Source: Verrucomicrobiota bacterium (GTDB taxonomy: Bacteria > Verrucomicrobiota > Verrucomicrobiia > Methylacidiphilales > JBCBYL01). From it: a stretch of DNA of 64,000 bases. Where the stretch lies: positions 23,957-87,956 of the forward strand of contig JBCDJI010000015.1 of the NCBI GenBank assembly GCA_038748025.1, given 5' to 3'. Both the position numbers and the translations under genes were made by a program. Position 1 is the first letter of the stretch, and the number at the start of each line of letters is the position of its first letter. Under the pieces are notes generated by a model. It did no database searches. It was not told the DNA's origin and worked only from the letters and a program-made list of their open reading frames with translations. Below are positions 29,593 to 39,659 of this stretch, one piece after another.

Positions 29593-31662
29593 CTATTTAC
29601 TCATCGCAAGATAACTTCCATCCCACGAGTCATCAGGCGGTTCTGCATCAAGCCGTGTACAACGAAGCTGCATGACACCAGCCGCCAGATCTGCAGGTCG
29701 CTGCTGTTGTGCCAGATCAAACATCCGTGCCGCTTGTAAAAACTCTCTGTGCAGATAGAGCTGCCAGGCTTGATGGTAAGTGTCACGCGCCTGCAACAGC
29801 TCAGCAGCAACTCTGCCGGTGGGACCTAAAGGTTCATAGATCTGCTCGGACTGCTCCCGGCCTACCACGGAAATCAGATCCACACATCGCCACTCATACA
29901 TCCTTTGCGTTTTACGGTAACATTGCTCACCGGCCAGTATCTGCGTGCCGTATATCTTATTCAGCCCCTCCAGTCGACTCGCCAGATTCACCGCATCACC
30001 TAACACCGTATAAGAAAACCGCTTTTTTATGCCCACATTCCCAACAAGCACCTCACCGGAATTAATTCCAATTCTGACTTTAAATGCAGGCTTTTTTTCA
30101 CTCGCCCGAGATTGATTCAGCTGATCCAGGCATTCAGTAATCTCCAATGCTGCCCGGCACGCTATTTCCGGATGATGCGGCAACTGAGCTGGCGCATTAA
30201 AGACTGCAAGAACACCATCTCCCAGAAAAGTCAGCATGGCGCCACCATGCTTTTCCGGAACAGAAGTCAAAACCTGCAGGCAGGAGGATAATTCACTAAA
30301 GACTTCATCCGGCGATAAATTTTCACTGATCGAGGTAAATCCTGCCAGATCAGCAAACATAACGGAAAGCTCCTGAGTCTTACCTCCCACCTCTGCTTCC
30401 TGTCCGCTTTCCAGCGCTGTTTTTACCAGATCCGATGGCACATACCGCCCGAATGCCCGCAAGCTGGCTTTCATTTTTTCAAGGGCGCCCGTTACAACTG
30501 CCATCTCATAGATATAGGATGAAGCATAGGGTTCTATAGAAATATCGTATTTAGCAATCCTGGCCATATCCACACTCACCTGTGATAACGGTGCCGAAAT
30601 AATTCGGGCAAAGCGGATACTGATAAATATCGAAATTCCTACCAAAACTATTGCAACTACTGTGCTGATAAGAGCATTATCGCGGGCAATCTCGATGATA
30701 TCAAATGCCGGCACCACGACTGCCAGATAACCTTCCGGCACTCCCGCACCTCCCAGTTTACTGACACGGGCAAAATACCAGGTATTATGCAGATAAAATT
30801 CCGTCGTTATTCCTCCACCAGACAATAGGGACTCCGGATTCCGGGCCATCGGTGCGCGTGCTTTCTGCAGCATACTCCGGGCGTTTTTGGCCATACGGTT
30901 CTCCCGCGGCTCTACCATTACCTCACCGTCTCCATAAAAAATCATGGCGACACTATTTTCTCCAGCCTGAATCTCACCCAGAAATTCCTTCAGATCTTCC
31001 AGCATCACATCAATCGCATAAACCCCGAGTAATTCACCCTGTGTATTACGATGCGCCCAGGCCACAGTAATTCCTTGTGTGACCTGCTGAAAAAAAAGAT
31101 AGGGACGTGTCCAGACCGGTTCCTGACTGGCAACCGCAGCCTGATACCAGGGACGCTCGCGCGGATCATAGCCTTCGGAGGAAACACTGGTGTCTGAACG
31201 GACGAACGGCACCCATGTCCGGCCTTCCAGCACATGCTCATCTACGATCCGTCTGCCCGATTCATCAAAAAAACTGCGATGCAGCACATTTTCTCCCTCT
31301 GTGCGATTGACCCCGATCAGATCACCCGTGGCATGGTCGGCATAGTAGATCCAACTGAATTGCGGGAAGAGCTCAGCCAACGGCACCAGTTCAGATCCGG
31401 TCTGCTGCCAGTTTTTCAGATCATCCGAAGTATTAAGCACCGCCCGATTAAGAAATTCGATTAGCTGCACTCCAGGTCCCAGATATGTGCTGATCTTATC
31501 CTGGACTGCTTCGCTCTGCTGCTCCATCAATTCCAGGGCCATCTGCTGCACCGTGGCCCGCGTATTGAAAAAAGATACCAGCAACACCCCGCCAACTGTG
31601 ATAGACAAAACAGACAACGAAATGACGGTCAGAATGGTTCTCAATGTCAGCATCTGCTTCAT
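29593..31662 (-). CDS. Cache-sensor class III adenylate/guanylate cyclase
   Basis: TM-Cache (YDPRERPWY)-TM-HAMP; FADLAGFT, LGDG, RIGINSG, YTVLGDAVNLASRLE; TPR-like tail. Confidence 0.92.
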   Translation of the reverse strand: MKQMLTLRTILTVISLSVLSITVGGVLLVSFFNTRATVQQMALELMEQQSEAVQDKISTYLGPGVQLIEFLNRAVLNTSDDLKNWQQTGSELVPLAELFPQFSWIYYADHATGDLIGVNRTEGENVLHRSFFDESGRRIVDEHVLEGRTWVPFVRSDTSVSSEGYDPRERPWYQAAVASQEPVWTRPYLFFQQVTQGITVAWAHRNTQGELLGVYAIDVMLEDLKEFLGEIQAGENSVAMIFYGDGEVMVEPRENRMAKNARSMLQKARAPMARNPESLLSGGGITTEFYLHNTWYFARVSKLGGAGVPEGYLAVVVPAFDIIEIARDNALISTVVAIVLVGISIFISIRFARIISAPLSQVSVDMARIAKYDISIEPYASSYIYEMAVVTGALEKMKASLRAFGRYVPSDLVKTALESGQEAEVGGKTQELSVMFADLAGFTSISENLSPDEVFSELSSCLQVLTSVPEKHGGAMLTFLGDGVLAVFNAPAQLPHHPEIACRAALEITECLDQLNQSRASEKKPAFKVRIGINSGEVLVGNVGIKKRFSYTVLGDAVNLASRLEGLNKIYGTQILAGEQCYRKTQRMYEWRCVDLISVVGREQSEQIYEPLGPTGRVAAELLQARDTYHQAWQLYLHREFLQAARMFDLAQQQRPADLAAGVMQLRCTRLDAEPPDDSWDGSYLAMSK

Positions 31663-31983
31663 GCAGATTTGTATATAGATACTTCATCTCATTGCGCACC
31701 AATATTCCTGCTGTCTGCCTGAGGGCACAGGCATGAACTGCGGCTTGTCAAAGAGCCACCCGGAACCGCCTGAATGATTCCAAGTGCTTCACAAGACAGA
31801 TGAATGGCCTCTGAATACTTGATCTGTGCATAATACCGCACTCAGGAGCCTGATGCTAATGCATTGCCATGAGGGTCGGCTTGAACGGGACTCAAATGAA
31901 TCACAGGTAGCCATGCGCTTCAGGCAGCCGCTCGCAAAGCACTACACCACCAGTCCAGACTTCGGCTAATGGCTGGAGTTTGC

Positions 31984-34653
31984 CTACTCATCGACTTCCG
32001 AGTTTCGTGTCTTAAATTCACCACCGCCCATCTTTACCGCCGAGAGTTTGTATCCTCCCTCAATCATCCCCTGTTTAAACACCAGTTCGCTACCACGCAG
32101 GTCAATACCGTGATCGATTTCACGACGTCCGTACAGTTTAGGTTGCACCATAGTCACGGTTTTATCTTTAACCGTGGGTTCAACCCGCACTGCCAGGCCT
32201 TTAGGAAAATTCCCGGGGGGGATGTCATCCGGTTGAACATAAGGAAGCCTAGTCATCGGGTTAAAGCTGAAGTTGGTCAGCGTAATTCCGTTTTCTCCTA
32301 ACGCTTTAATCCATGCTCCCCAACCCGCTTCACTGCCGCCGATCAGAATGTTTGCATTTCCACCACCAGTACCAAGGTGATCAACAAAATCAAACGCGCG
32401 TGTGGCTCCGTTGGTAAAGAAAGCCGTGATCTGGACATTGGCTCCGCTGCCAACAGTGATAGCTCCAGCACCTCGCATATTGGGAATGAGGCTGTATTCT
32501 GTTCCGCGAAAAATATCCTTGGTGGTCGGCCTGTTTTTTTCTTCGCTCGGAATCTCGAATATGTAGCCATGTTTCTTAATATTCCCCTTTTTATCTCTAA
32601 CCTCCACAGCAGATGAAAGAGCCCAGTCTTGAGGGCGTATGTGACAATTATCAATCCAACCGATCGTTTTGCTTTGACCAACCATGAATGCGATATTGAG
32701 TGCAGATCCACTTACCCGGGAAAGCACGTGGCGGTCATTATCGTGCGTTGCGAAGTCCACGGAATTATACGTATTGGAGAAAAAGACCCGCTGCACCCAG
32801 CATTGAGGCCCCAGGCTCCGAATGGTCCAGGGATAAGGCTGAATATCCGTGAAATCCTGATGCAGGTAGTAGATGGCCAGACCTGCTAGCCCAGAACCAC
32901 CCAGAGCCGGGTTAGAGCTTAGCTGGATCAGCGGGGTTCCTTTTACCTTACCCCGATCCTGCGGTCGATCGACCAGCAGCATGGTACGGCTGGAACTGCC
33001 TCTGGGCATCATGTCATTGGCACCGCGCAACTCAACTCCAGCCGGGATGGTCAAAGGCTCCGTGAGGCGATAAAGCCCCTGGGGAAGATACACTGTGCCT
33101 CCACCCTCTCTCCCAGCCTGATCTAATGCCCGCTGAATTCCTGCGCTTGCATCACCTTTCCCATCGTTAGGAGTGCGATAGATCATTTCTGTGACCACAT
33201 ACAGCGAGTCCTGTCCGGAACGGGCAGGCAGATAATTGGGAACAGGCTGAATTGGTTCCATGGAACGGTCATTGTCCCAAACCGACTGATGATCAATCGT
33301 AGAGTTGCTTTTATTGGCAACCTCGACATCTGGTAATCCTCCAAACTGATTGCCTACCACCTCCATAATGTCGTTGTCTCCTGTAGAGCGAATATGTCGC
33401 GCAGAGCCCTTGAATTCCGAATCAAAAACCTGACACTGCCCGGCCGTGATATTGATCGCATAATCATCTGCACCGGACCCCCATTTCTCAAAAGTACACT
33501 CCTGCAGATTAAGCTCCTGCCGGTAGGAACCGTCCAACCTGAAAATGGATCCTCCACTGCTGAGACGGCAGTCAAACATGCGGAGTTCCGTTCGGTCTTT
33601 GGGGGTGCCAAAGGGTCTGCCACTCTTGCTGATTCGCATCCAACCATTTTCATCCCAGCCGGTTTTATCCATTTCCATCAGAACCGCTGTCTGGCTCGCG
33701 CTGATGGTGCTGGCGGTAATATACATCCGCTGATGGGAGCCTCCTGTAAAATGGACGCCGACTTCACAATCACGGATATCTATGTCATACCAGTAGGTCC
33801 AACCGTGCGGCGGCATGAACTTCACTGCAGTATGGTAACCCTCGATTCTGGCATCCATGAAAATTCCCGCATCCTGTCGGTTCAACTGGATGGCATATGC
33901 CTGCTCGCGACGCAGCGCCTCCCGAACTTCACGGGTGCCGGGTACTCCACTCAAACCGGATTCACTCCAGTAACGCGGGGAGAAACGAATCATACGACAG
34001 CGTGGAACTGCAGCCGCACTTAACATCGTTAAACCGGTATTGAGCGTAGTCGCATACAAGTCCAGCACGGTAGAAAAGCTTCCGGTAATGATTCCCTGGT
34101 AGCTGTTTACAAGTGTTACATTTTTTGCGGTCGCACTGCCCTTAAGATCAATGGTCATGGGATAAGGAATGACGGAATGGACGTCCTGTTCAGGATAGTA
34201 AATCGTAATATCGCGCACAGAGGATACACTGGCCGTTAGAAATGCTTTCCCTGCCGCTTGTCCCTTACCTGCATACACCATAAAGATGGTTCCACCTACA
34301 CTGGCATCTTCTTCGGTGGGCATCTTCCAGTCGCCCCTTAAGGTTACTCCTCTGGGAATTGAGATTTCTCCGTCAAAACGGTAGCGGCCTGCCGGCGCAT
34401 ATACCGTACCCCCGAATTGATCTGCATCTGCCAATGCTGCCATAAAAGCTTCCGTGCAGTCCTGAACTCCCGTGGCGTCCGCCAGATAAGGTGCCCGAGT
34501 GACATCATATGAAACCACCGGAATAAGGTCCTGACTTGGAAACTTCAGATCAGCCACCCAGAATTTCGGCTCCTCAGAGGATTGGATTTGAATGGGCAGC
34601 CCGGTGCAAAGCACCAGTAAGCTGACGATCAATGTATGGTTTTTTGGTCTCAT
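31984..34653 (-). CDS. Secreted beta-helix carbohydrate-active enzyme with two Pectate_lyase_3-like domains
   Basis: Signal peptide; DATGVQDCTEAF..AL..GGTVYAPAGRY and DGKGDASAGIQRALD..GGGTVYLPQGLY. Confidence 0.75.
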   Translation of the reverse strand: MRPKNHTLIVSLLVLCTGLPIQIQSSEEPKFWVADLKFPSQDLIPVVSYDVTRAPYLADATGVQDCTEAFMAALADADQFGGTVYAPAGRYRFDGEISIPRGVTLRGDWKMPTEEDASVGGTIFMVYAGKGQAAGKAFLTASVSSVRDITIYYPEQDVHSVIPYPMTIDLKGSATAKNVTLVNSYQGIITGSFSTVLDLYATTLNTGLTMLSAAAVPRCRMIRFSPRYWSESGLSGVPGTREVREALRREQAYAIQLNRQDAGIFMDARIEGYHTAVKFMPPHGWTYWYDIDIRDCEVGVHFTGGSHQRMYITASTISASQTAVLMEMDKTGWDENGWMRISKSGRPFGTPKDRTELRMFDCRLSSGGSIFRLDGSYRQELNLQECTFEKWGSGADDYAINITAGQCQVFDSEFKGSARHIRSTGDNDIMEVVGNQFGGLPDVEVANKSNSTIDHQSVWDNDRSMEPIQPVPNYLPARSGQDSLYVVTEMIYRTPNDGKGDASAGIQRALDQAGREGGGTVYLPQGLYRLTEPLTIPAGVELRGANDMMPRGSSSRTMLLVDRPQDRGKVKGTPLIQLSSNPALGGSGLAGLAIYYLHQDFTDIQPYPWTIRSLGPQCWVQRVFFSNTYNSVDFATHDNDRHVLSRVSGSALNIAFMVGQSKTIGWIDNCHIRPQDWALSSAVEVRDKKGNIKKHGYIFEIPSEEKNRPTTKDIFRGTEYSLIPNMRGAGAITVGSGANVQITAFFTNGATRAFDFVDHLGTGGGNANILIGGSEAGWGAWIKALGENGITLTNFSFNPMTRLPYVQPDDIPPGNFPKGLAVRVEPTVKDKTVTMVQPKLYGRREIDHGIDLRGSELVFKQGMIEGGYKLSAVKMGGGEFKTRNSEVDE

Positions 34654-34850
34654 GAATAATAAGTCATCCGGATAATCTGATCTGAACGCCCTGTTGATGA
34701 AATAAGGCGCAATGAATTAAACACCATCCGGATATTAGCTGTTCATGCATCCACTGCAAGCAAGTCCTCCGCAAATTATTACGCTGATCTTCGGTTGCCT
34801 CCCGGGATATTCCTGTCGCTTCAGCGCCGGGAGTGGTTTACGGTCTGAGT

Positions 34851-35558
34851 ATGGCAGCACCGCATATTCTAGTCGTTGAAGATGAACCCGGAATTGCTGA
34901 AACCATTACCTATGCTCTGGAAACCGAGGGAATCACACACCACTGGGTTACTACCGGACAGGATGCATTAAGTTGCAGCCAAAAGAAGTCCTGTGACCTG
35001 GTTTTGCTCGATATTGGAATCCCCGACATGAGCGGATTTGATGTCTGCCGGAAAATCCGGGAAAGTTCACGCATCCCTATCGTTTTTCTAACTGCACGAG
35101 AGGAGGAAATCGACCGTGTAGCGGGTCTCGAGATGGGTGCGGATGATTACATAGTTAAGCCTTTTAGCCCTAGAGAGCTCACCGCTCGCATCCGCGCTAT
35201 CTTGCGCCGCATTGATGCGGATCCGTCTGTTAGCGGCAACATACGCTCCAGCACAGAGACCTATGCCGCAGCCTCCCTCCTCGTCGACGAACTTAAGAAA
35301 ACCATTCATTTCCATAATCAGCCGTTGTCACTCTCCCGCTACGAATTCCGGCTCCTGGCTGTGCTGGTCCAGTCACCCGGACGGGTTTTCTCCCGCGACC
35401 AGTTACTGGAACGCGCCTGGGAAGAACCTGAGGCCAGTATGGACCGCACCGTGGATGCTCATATCAAGAAACTGCGTGCCAAGCTGAGACAGATCCAACC
35501 CGATCACGATCCGATTGTCACTCACCGGGGCATGGGTTATTCACTTGAAGACTCCTGA
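34851..35558 (+). CDS. creB: OmpR-family response regulator CreB
   Basis: ILVVEDEPGIAETITYAL, LLDIG, GADDYIVKPFSPRE, DRTVDAHIK.LRAKL. Confidence 0.88.
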   Translation: MAAPHILVVEDEPGIAETITYALETEGITHHWVTTGQDALSCSQKKSCDLVLLDIGIPDMSGFDVCRKIRESSRIPIVFLTAREEEIDRVAGLEMGADDYIVKPFSPRELTARIRAILRRIDADPSVSGNIRSSTETYAAASLLVDELKKTIHFHNQPLSLSRYEFRLLAVLVQSPGRVFSRDQLLERAWEEPEASMDRTVDAHIKKLRAKLRQIQPDHDPIVTHRGMGYSLEDS

Positions 35559-35562
35559 TGTC

Positions 35563-37002
35563 ATGAGTATTCGGGCAGGTATCTTTTTCTCTTATCTGTT
35601 GATCGCACTGATGGCCTTTATTTCTCTGGCCCAATGGCTGCAGGATGAGCTTCGTCCACGTTATCTGGAATCCATTGAAGAATCCCTAGTGGATACTTCA
35701 TCCACACTGGCTGCATGGGCCGCAGAGACCTGGACCGAAACGGGCCCAGATACCGCAGCCTTGCAGCGCATTGCGGAACGCCTCAACCGTCAACATCTGG
35801 CTGCAGAAATCTATGGACAGAAAAAATCCCGTGTCGATATGGGCATCTACATCACCGATGATCGTGGCATCCTGCTGTTTGATTCACGCGGACTGGCCCT
35901 GCCAGGATCCGACTACTCCCGCTGGCGTGATGTAAAACTGACACTGGAAGGCAAATATGGCGCGCGTTCGAGTAAGGATGATCCGGATAACCCGCTGGAA
36001 AGCATTCTCTACATCGCCGCTCCGGTTTCTGTCGATGGAAAAACCGTCGGCGTGCTCACTGTCTGTAAACCTACCCGCAACCTCAACCAGTTCATCCACC
36101 GCGCATCCCGCAACATCGTCTGGGCCTGTCTTATTGCGGGATCCGGTGTTGTCATCACCGGACTCCTGCTTTCTTATTGGCTGACCGGGCCCATTCGTTC
36201 TCTGACCCGTTATGCCCATGCCATCCGTGATGGCAAACGCCCTGATTCGCCCCGGCTCGGATTCTCCACCGAAATCCAACACTTGGGGGATGCCTTTGAG
36301 GAAATGCGCGACGCTTTGGAAGGACGCAGATATGTGGAACGCTATGTCCAGGCACTGGCCCACGAAATTAAAAGTCCCATTTCCAGTATTCGCGGTGCAG
36401 CAGAGTTGCTTAGCGAAGAAATGCCCGCTGAACAACGCCAGAAATTCCTGGATAACATCTGCCGGGAAGTCGGTCGTATCGGTGGGATCATCGAAAAACT
36501 GATGACACTGACCGCGTTGGAAAGCGCGCAGGAACTTTCCGGCCGTGAATCTGTTGATTTGCAGGAGCTGACCCGGGAGGTAATCCGACGTTTTTCCACC
36601 CAGATCGAAGACAAGCGGCTTACGCTGGTTGAGAAATGGCAGGATCACTCCCACGATATTCATGCGGATCGTTTTCTGATCTCACAAGCCATCACCAATC
36701 TGCTGCAAAACGCCATTGAATTCAGCCCCACCGGTGCGGAAATCATCCTTGAGAGCATCGTAAAGACAGATAGCATGGAACTTCGGATTACCGACCACGG
36801 TCCCGGCATCCCCGAATACGCCCGCTCGCGCGTCTTTGAACGCTTCTACTCCCTGCCGCGACCGGATACCCAGGCCAAAAGCTCCGGGCTGGGACTCAAT
36901 CTGGTGCAGGAAATCGCACTCCTGCATCAGGGTAGGATTTCGCTGCAATGTGCGACTGCTGGCGGCACCTGTGCCACACTCCAGCTGCCCTATTCCGCAT
37001 GA
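35563..37002 (+). CDS. creC: Sensor histidine kinase CreC
   Basis: DYSRWRDV.LTL.G.YGARS, LAHEIKSPISSIRGAAELL, FERFYSLPRP..KSSGLGL. Confidence 0.9.
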   Translation: MSIRAGIFFSYLLIALMAFISLAQWLQDELRPRYLESIEESLVDTSSTLAAWAAETWTETGPDTAALQRIAERLNRQHLAAEIYGQKKSRVDMGIYITDDRGILLFDSRGLALPGSDYSRWRDVKLTLEGKYGARSSKDDPDNPLESILYIAAPVSVDGKTVGVLTVCKPTRNLNQFIHRASRNIVWACLIAGSGVVITGLLLSYWLTGPIRSLTRYAHAIRDGKRPDSPRLGFSTEIQHLGDAFEEMRDALEGRRYVERYVQALAHEIKSPISSIRGAAELLSEEMPAEQRQKFLDNICREVGRIGGIIEKLMTLTALESAQELSGRESVDLQELTREVIRRFSTQIEDKRLTLVEKWQDHSHDIHADRFLISQAITNLLQNAIEFSPTGAEIILESIVKTDSMELRITDHGPGIPEYARSRVFERFYSLPRPDTQAKSSGLGLNLVQEIALLHQGRISLQCATAGGTCATLQLPYSA

Positions 37003-37085
37003 TAGATGGCAAATGATGCCGCTCCCGGAAGTTTAAAAATTTAGGTTTTCACCCCGCTATAATGCGTTTAGCCTCCTCGCCTTAC

Positions 37086-38660
37086 ATGATGGCTGACGAG
37101 AGTAAAATGGAAAAAATTACCGCGCTGTGCAAAAGACGCGGCTTCATCTTTCAATCTTCTGAGATCTACGGCGGACTGAACGGCTGCTGGGACTTCGGAC
37201 CGCTGGGTGCTGACCTGAAGCGCAATGTGAAAGACCACTGGTGGCGCACCATGACCCAGTTGCGCGATGACATCGTCGGCATGGACGGCAGCATTCTGAT
37301 GAATCGTGCCGTTTGGAAGGCCTCCGGTCACGAAGACACCTTCAGCGACCCCATGGTCGAATGCCCGCTGACCAACAAGCGCATGCGTGCGGATCAGATT
37401 CCCGCACAAAGCGGCACTGTCCTGAATTTTACCGGTGCCGTCACTGAGGAGACCTCGACCGAAGTCAATGAGCCATTCTCCGTGCTAATTCCCGATGGAG
37501 GATCGGAAAAAAAAGCCAGGAAGGCCGCCACCCTCTTCTATCGCAACCGCCTCTCCGGTGCAGCTTCCACTGAAAAAATTGCGCTGCAGGGCGAAAGCAG
37601 CGAGACCGTCGAAAACTCTACCAGCTTCAACCCGGAAAACGGTGCCAAACTCGGTGAACCGCGTGCTTTCAACCTGATGTTCAAAACCTATGTTGGCCCA
37701 GTTGAGGACGAAAAGAACATCACCTATCTGCGACCCGAGACCGCTCAGGCCATTTTTGTGCAGTTCAAAAACGTGCTGGAAGTGTCACGCCAGAAACTGC
37801 CCTTCGGGATTGCCCAGATCGGAAAAGCCTTTCGTAATGAAATCAACCCGCGCAACTTCATCTTCCGTTCCCGCGAATTCGAGCAGATGGAAGTCGAATT
37901 CTTCGTCCCGCCCACCGATGGCATGGCCTGGCTGGACAAATGGCTGGAAGAACGCCTGCAATGGTATCAAAGCATTGGTATCCCGCGTGAGAAAATTCAT
38001 GTGCTCGACGTACCTGAAGCAGATCGTGCCCATTACAGCGGCGGCACCTACGATCTGGAGTACGAATTCCCGTTTGGCATTCAGGAACTGGAAGGTATTG
38101 CCTACCGGACCGATTACGATCTGACCAAGCACCAGCAAGCTTCCGGCAAACCGCTGGAATACTTCGATGAAGAAACCAAAGAACGCTTTATTCCGCACGT
38201 GGTCGAGCCGAGTGCCGGTGTTGACCGCACCGTGCTAGCCGTCATCTGTGAAGCTTACGACGAGGAAACGGTCACCAACGAAAAGGGCCAGGAAGAGATT
38301 CGCACCGTGCTCCATTTTGCACCTGCCATTGCACCGCTCAAAGTCGGTATTTTCCCGCTGCTCAAGAACAAACCGGAATTGGTTGAAAAGGCCCGCGAAG
38401 TCGAAGCTTTACTGAGACCGCACATGACTGTTTTCTACGATGAATCCGGTGCGATCGGCCGTCGTTACCGCCGCCAGGACGAGATCGGCACCCCATTCTG
38501 CCTGACCATTGATTTCGAGACCCTGGAAGGTATCGACAACGGCGAAGGCAACCCGCAGGGCGACACCAACACCGTCACCCTGCGCTATCGCGACAGCATG
38601 GAACAGGAACGCATTGCCATCAGCGACCTACTGGGCAAATTACTGCCAGAACTGACTTGA
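37086..38660 (+). CDS. glyQS: Glycine--tRNA ligase (alpha2 type)
   Basis: CKRRGFIFQSSEIYGG, LRPETAQ, FRNEINPRNFIFRSREFEQME, IGRRYRRQDEIGTP. Confidence 0.97.
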   Translation: MMADESKMEKITALCKRRGFIFQSSEIYGGLNGCWDFGPLGADLKRNVKDHWWRTMTQLRDDIVGMDGSILMNRAVWKASGHEDTFSDPMVECPLTNKRMRADQIPAQSGTVLNFTGAVTEETSTEVNEPFSVLIPDGGSEKKARKAATLFYRNRLSGAASTEKIALQGESSETVENSTSFNPENGAKLGEPRAFNLMFKTYVGPVEDEKNITYLRPETAQAIFVQFKNVLEVSRQKLPFGIAQIGKAFRNEINPRNFIFRSREFEQMEVEFFVPPTDGMAWLDKWLEERLQWYQSIGIPREKIHVLDVPEADRAHYSGGTYDLEYEFPFGIQELEGIAYRTDYDLTKHQQASGKPLEYFDEETKERFIPHVVEPSAGVDRTVLAVICEAYDEETVTNEKGQEEIRTVLHFAPAIAPLKVGIFPLLKNKPELVEKAREVEALLRPHMTVFYDESGAIGRRYRRQDEIGTPFCLTIDFETLEGIDNGEGNPQGDTNTVTLRYRDSMEQERIAISDLLGKLLPELT

Positions 38661-38776
38661 TTTGCAAGGCAAGAAAAGTTTGCACGAAGTGCACGACAAC
38701 ATTTTTTTAAAATTCTTTAGAAGTGGTTCACCGAGTCAAAGCATGTCGCCAGACTTCTTGCCGCAGGATAGACCCA

Positions 38777-38785
38777 TGCTAATTT
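38777..38785 (+). promoter_or_regulatory. Extended -10 element (TGnTAATTT) 6 nt upstream of the larB ATG, putative leaderless promoter
   Basis: TGC-TAATTT-cctgac-ATG with no Shine-Dalgarno; same geometry at several other genes in the window. Confidence 0.45.
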
Positions 38786-38791
38786 CCTGAC

Positions 38792-39475
38792 ATGAGCAAA
38801 CAAGAGAAAGCACCCCTCGCTGTTGATCTGGACTTTGCCAAGGTTGATCTTCAGCGCCGTGAACGCTGTGGTTTACCGGAAGTCATTTTCGGCCAGGGAA
38901 AGACACCTGCTCAAATTGTTAAGATTGCGCGCGTGCTGCAGAAAAATAATGAACCGGTGCTGGCTACTCGGCTCGATCCCCCTGCCCGCAAAGCCCTCAA
39001 ACAAGCATTTCCTAAAATCAGGCTGCATCCTGAAGCCCGCATGGCCACACTAGGAAAACTCCCGGCACTTAAAGCCCGGGTCATGGTCTGTGCGGCCGGC
39101 ACCTCAGACCTTCCGGTGGCCGAAGAAGCTGCTCTGACTGCAGAATATTTCGGAAACCACGTAGAGCGCATCTATGATGTCGGAGTGGCCGGCCTCCATC
39201 GATTGCTGGATCAAATCGAGCGCATCCGTGCTGCAGATGTCATACTGGCAGTCGCAGGCATGGAAGGCACTCTGCCCAGTGTCATCGGCGGACTGGTAGA
39301 CAAACCCGTTATTGCAGTTCCCACCAGTATCGGTTACGGTGCCAATATGCAGGGCCTCACCGCCCTCTGCGCGATGCTGACTGGCTGTGCTTCAGGTGTC
39401 ACCGTAGTTAACATCGATAACGGCTTCGGAGCCGCTTATGCCGCTACTCAGATCACACGGATGCTGGATAAATAA
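38792..39475 (+). CDS. larB: Nickel pincer cofactor biosynthesis protein LarB
   Basis: R..RCGLPEVIFGQGKT, AGTSDLPVAEEA, DVGVAGLHRL, VAGMEGTLPSV, VVNIDNGFGA. Confidence 0.94.
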   Translation: MSKQEKAPLAVDLDFAKVDLQRRERCGLPEVIFGQGKTPAQIVKIARVLQKNNEPVLATRLDPPARKALKQAFPKIRLHPEARMATLGKLPALKARVMVCAAGTSDLPVAEEAALTAEYFGNHVERIYDVGVAGLHRLLDQIERIRAADVILAVAGMEGTLPSVIGGLVDKPVIAVPTSIGYGANMQGLTALCAMLTGCASGVTVVNIDNGFGAAYAATQITRMLDK

Positions 39476-39544
39476 ATACTGAATTCCTGCATTTTTTCCT
39501 AGAACCGGCCTGAGGGTTCCGATATATTCTTACGCTCACATGAA

Positions 39545-39616
39545 GCGCACATAGCTCAGTGGTAGAGCTATCGGTTTACACCCGATCGGTCGGAGGTTCG
39601 AATCCTTCTGTGCGCA
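39545..39616 (+). tRNA. tRNA-Val(TAC), CCA not encoded
   Basis: GCGCACA/TGTGCGC acceptor stem, ATCGG-TTTACAC-CCGAT anticodon arm, GGAGG-TTCGAAT-CCTTC T-arm. Confidence 0.96.
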
Positions 39617-39659
39617 TGCCTGTTGCCTTCCACAAAACCTTGTTTATAGTTTCAACAGC

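Noticed and set aside
31663..31983. Riboswitch or ncRNA in the 320-bp region upstream of the cyclase (GGCAAAC start reminiscent of c-di-GMP-I)
   Set aside because: The remaining consensus (GAAA tetraloop stem, GCAAAGC) is absent; an Rfam scan is needed.
19184..34800. Possible genomic island starting at tRNA-Arg (looks somewhat lower in GC than the right end of the window)
   Set aside because: No integrase, no duplicated tRNA-Arg 3' end was seen, the content includes housekeeping genes, and GC was not computed.
38792..39475. Orphan larB as a novel system
   Set aside because: lar genes are often scattered, so partners may lie elsewhere in the genome.
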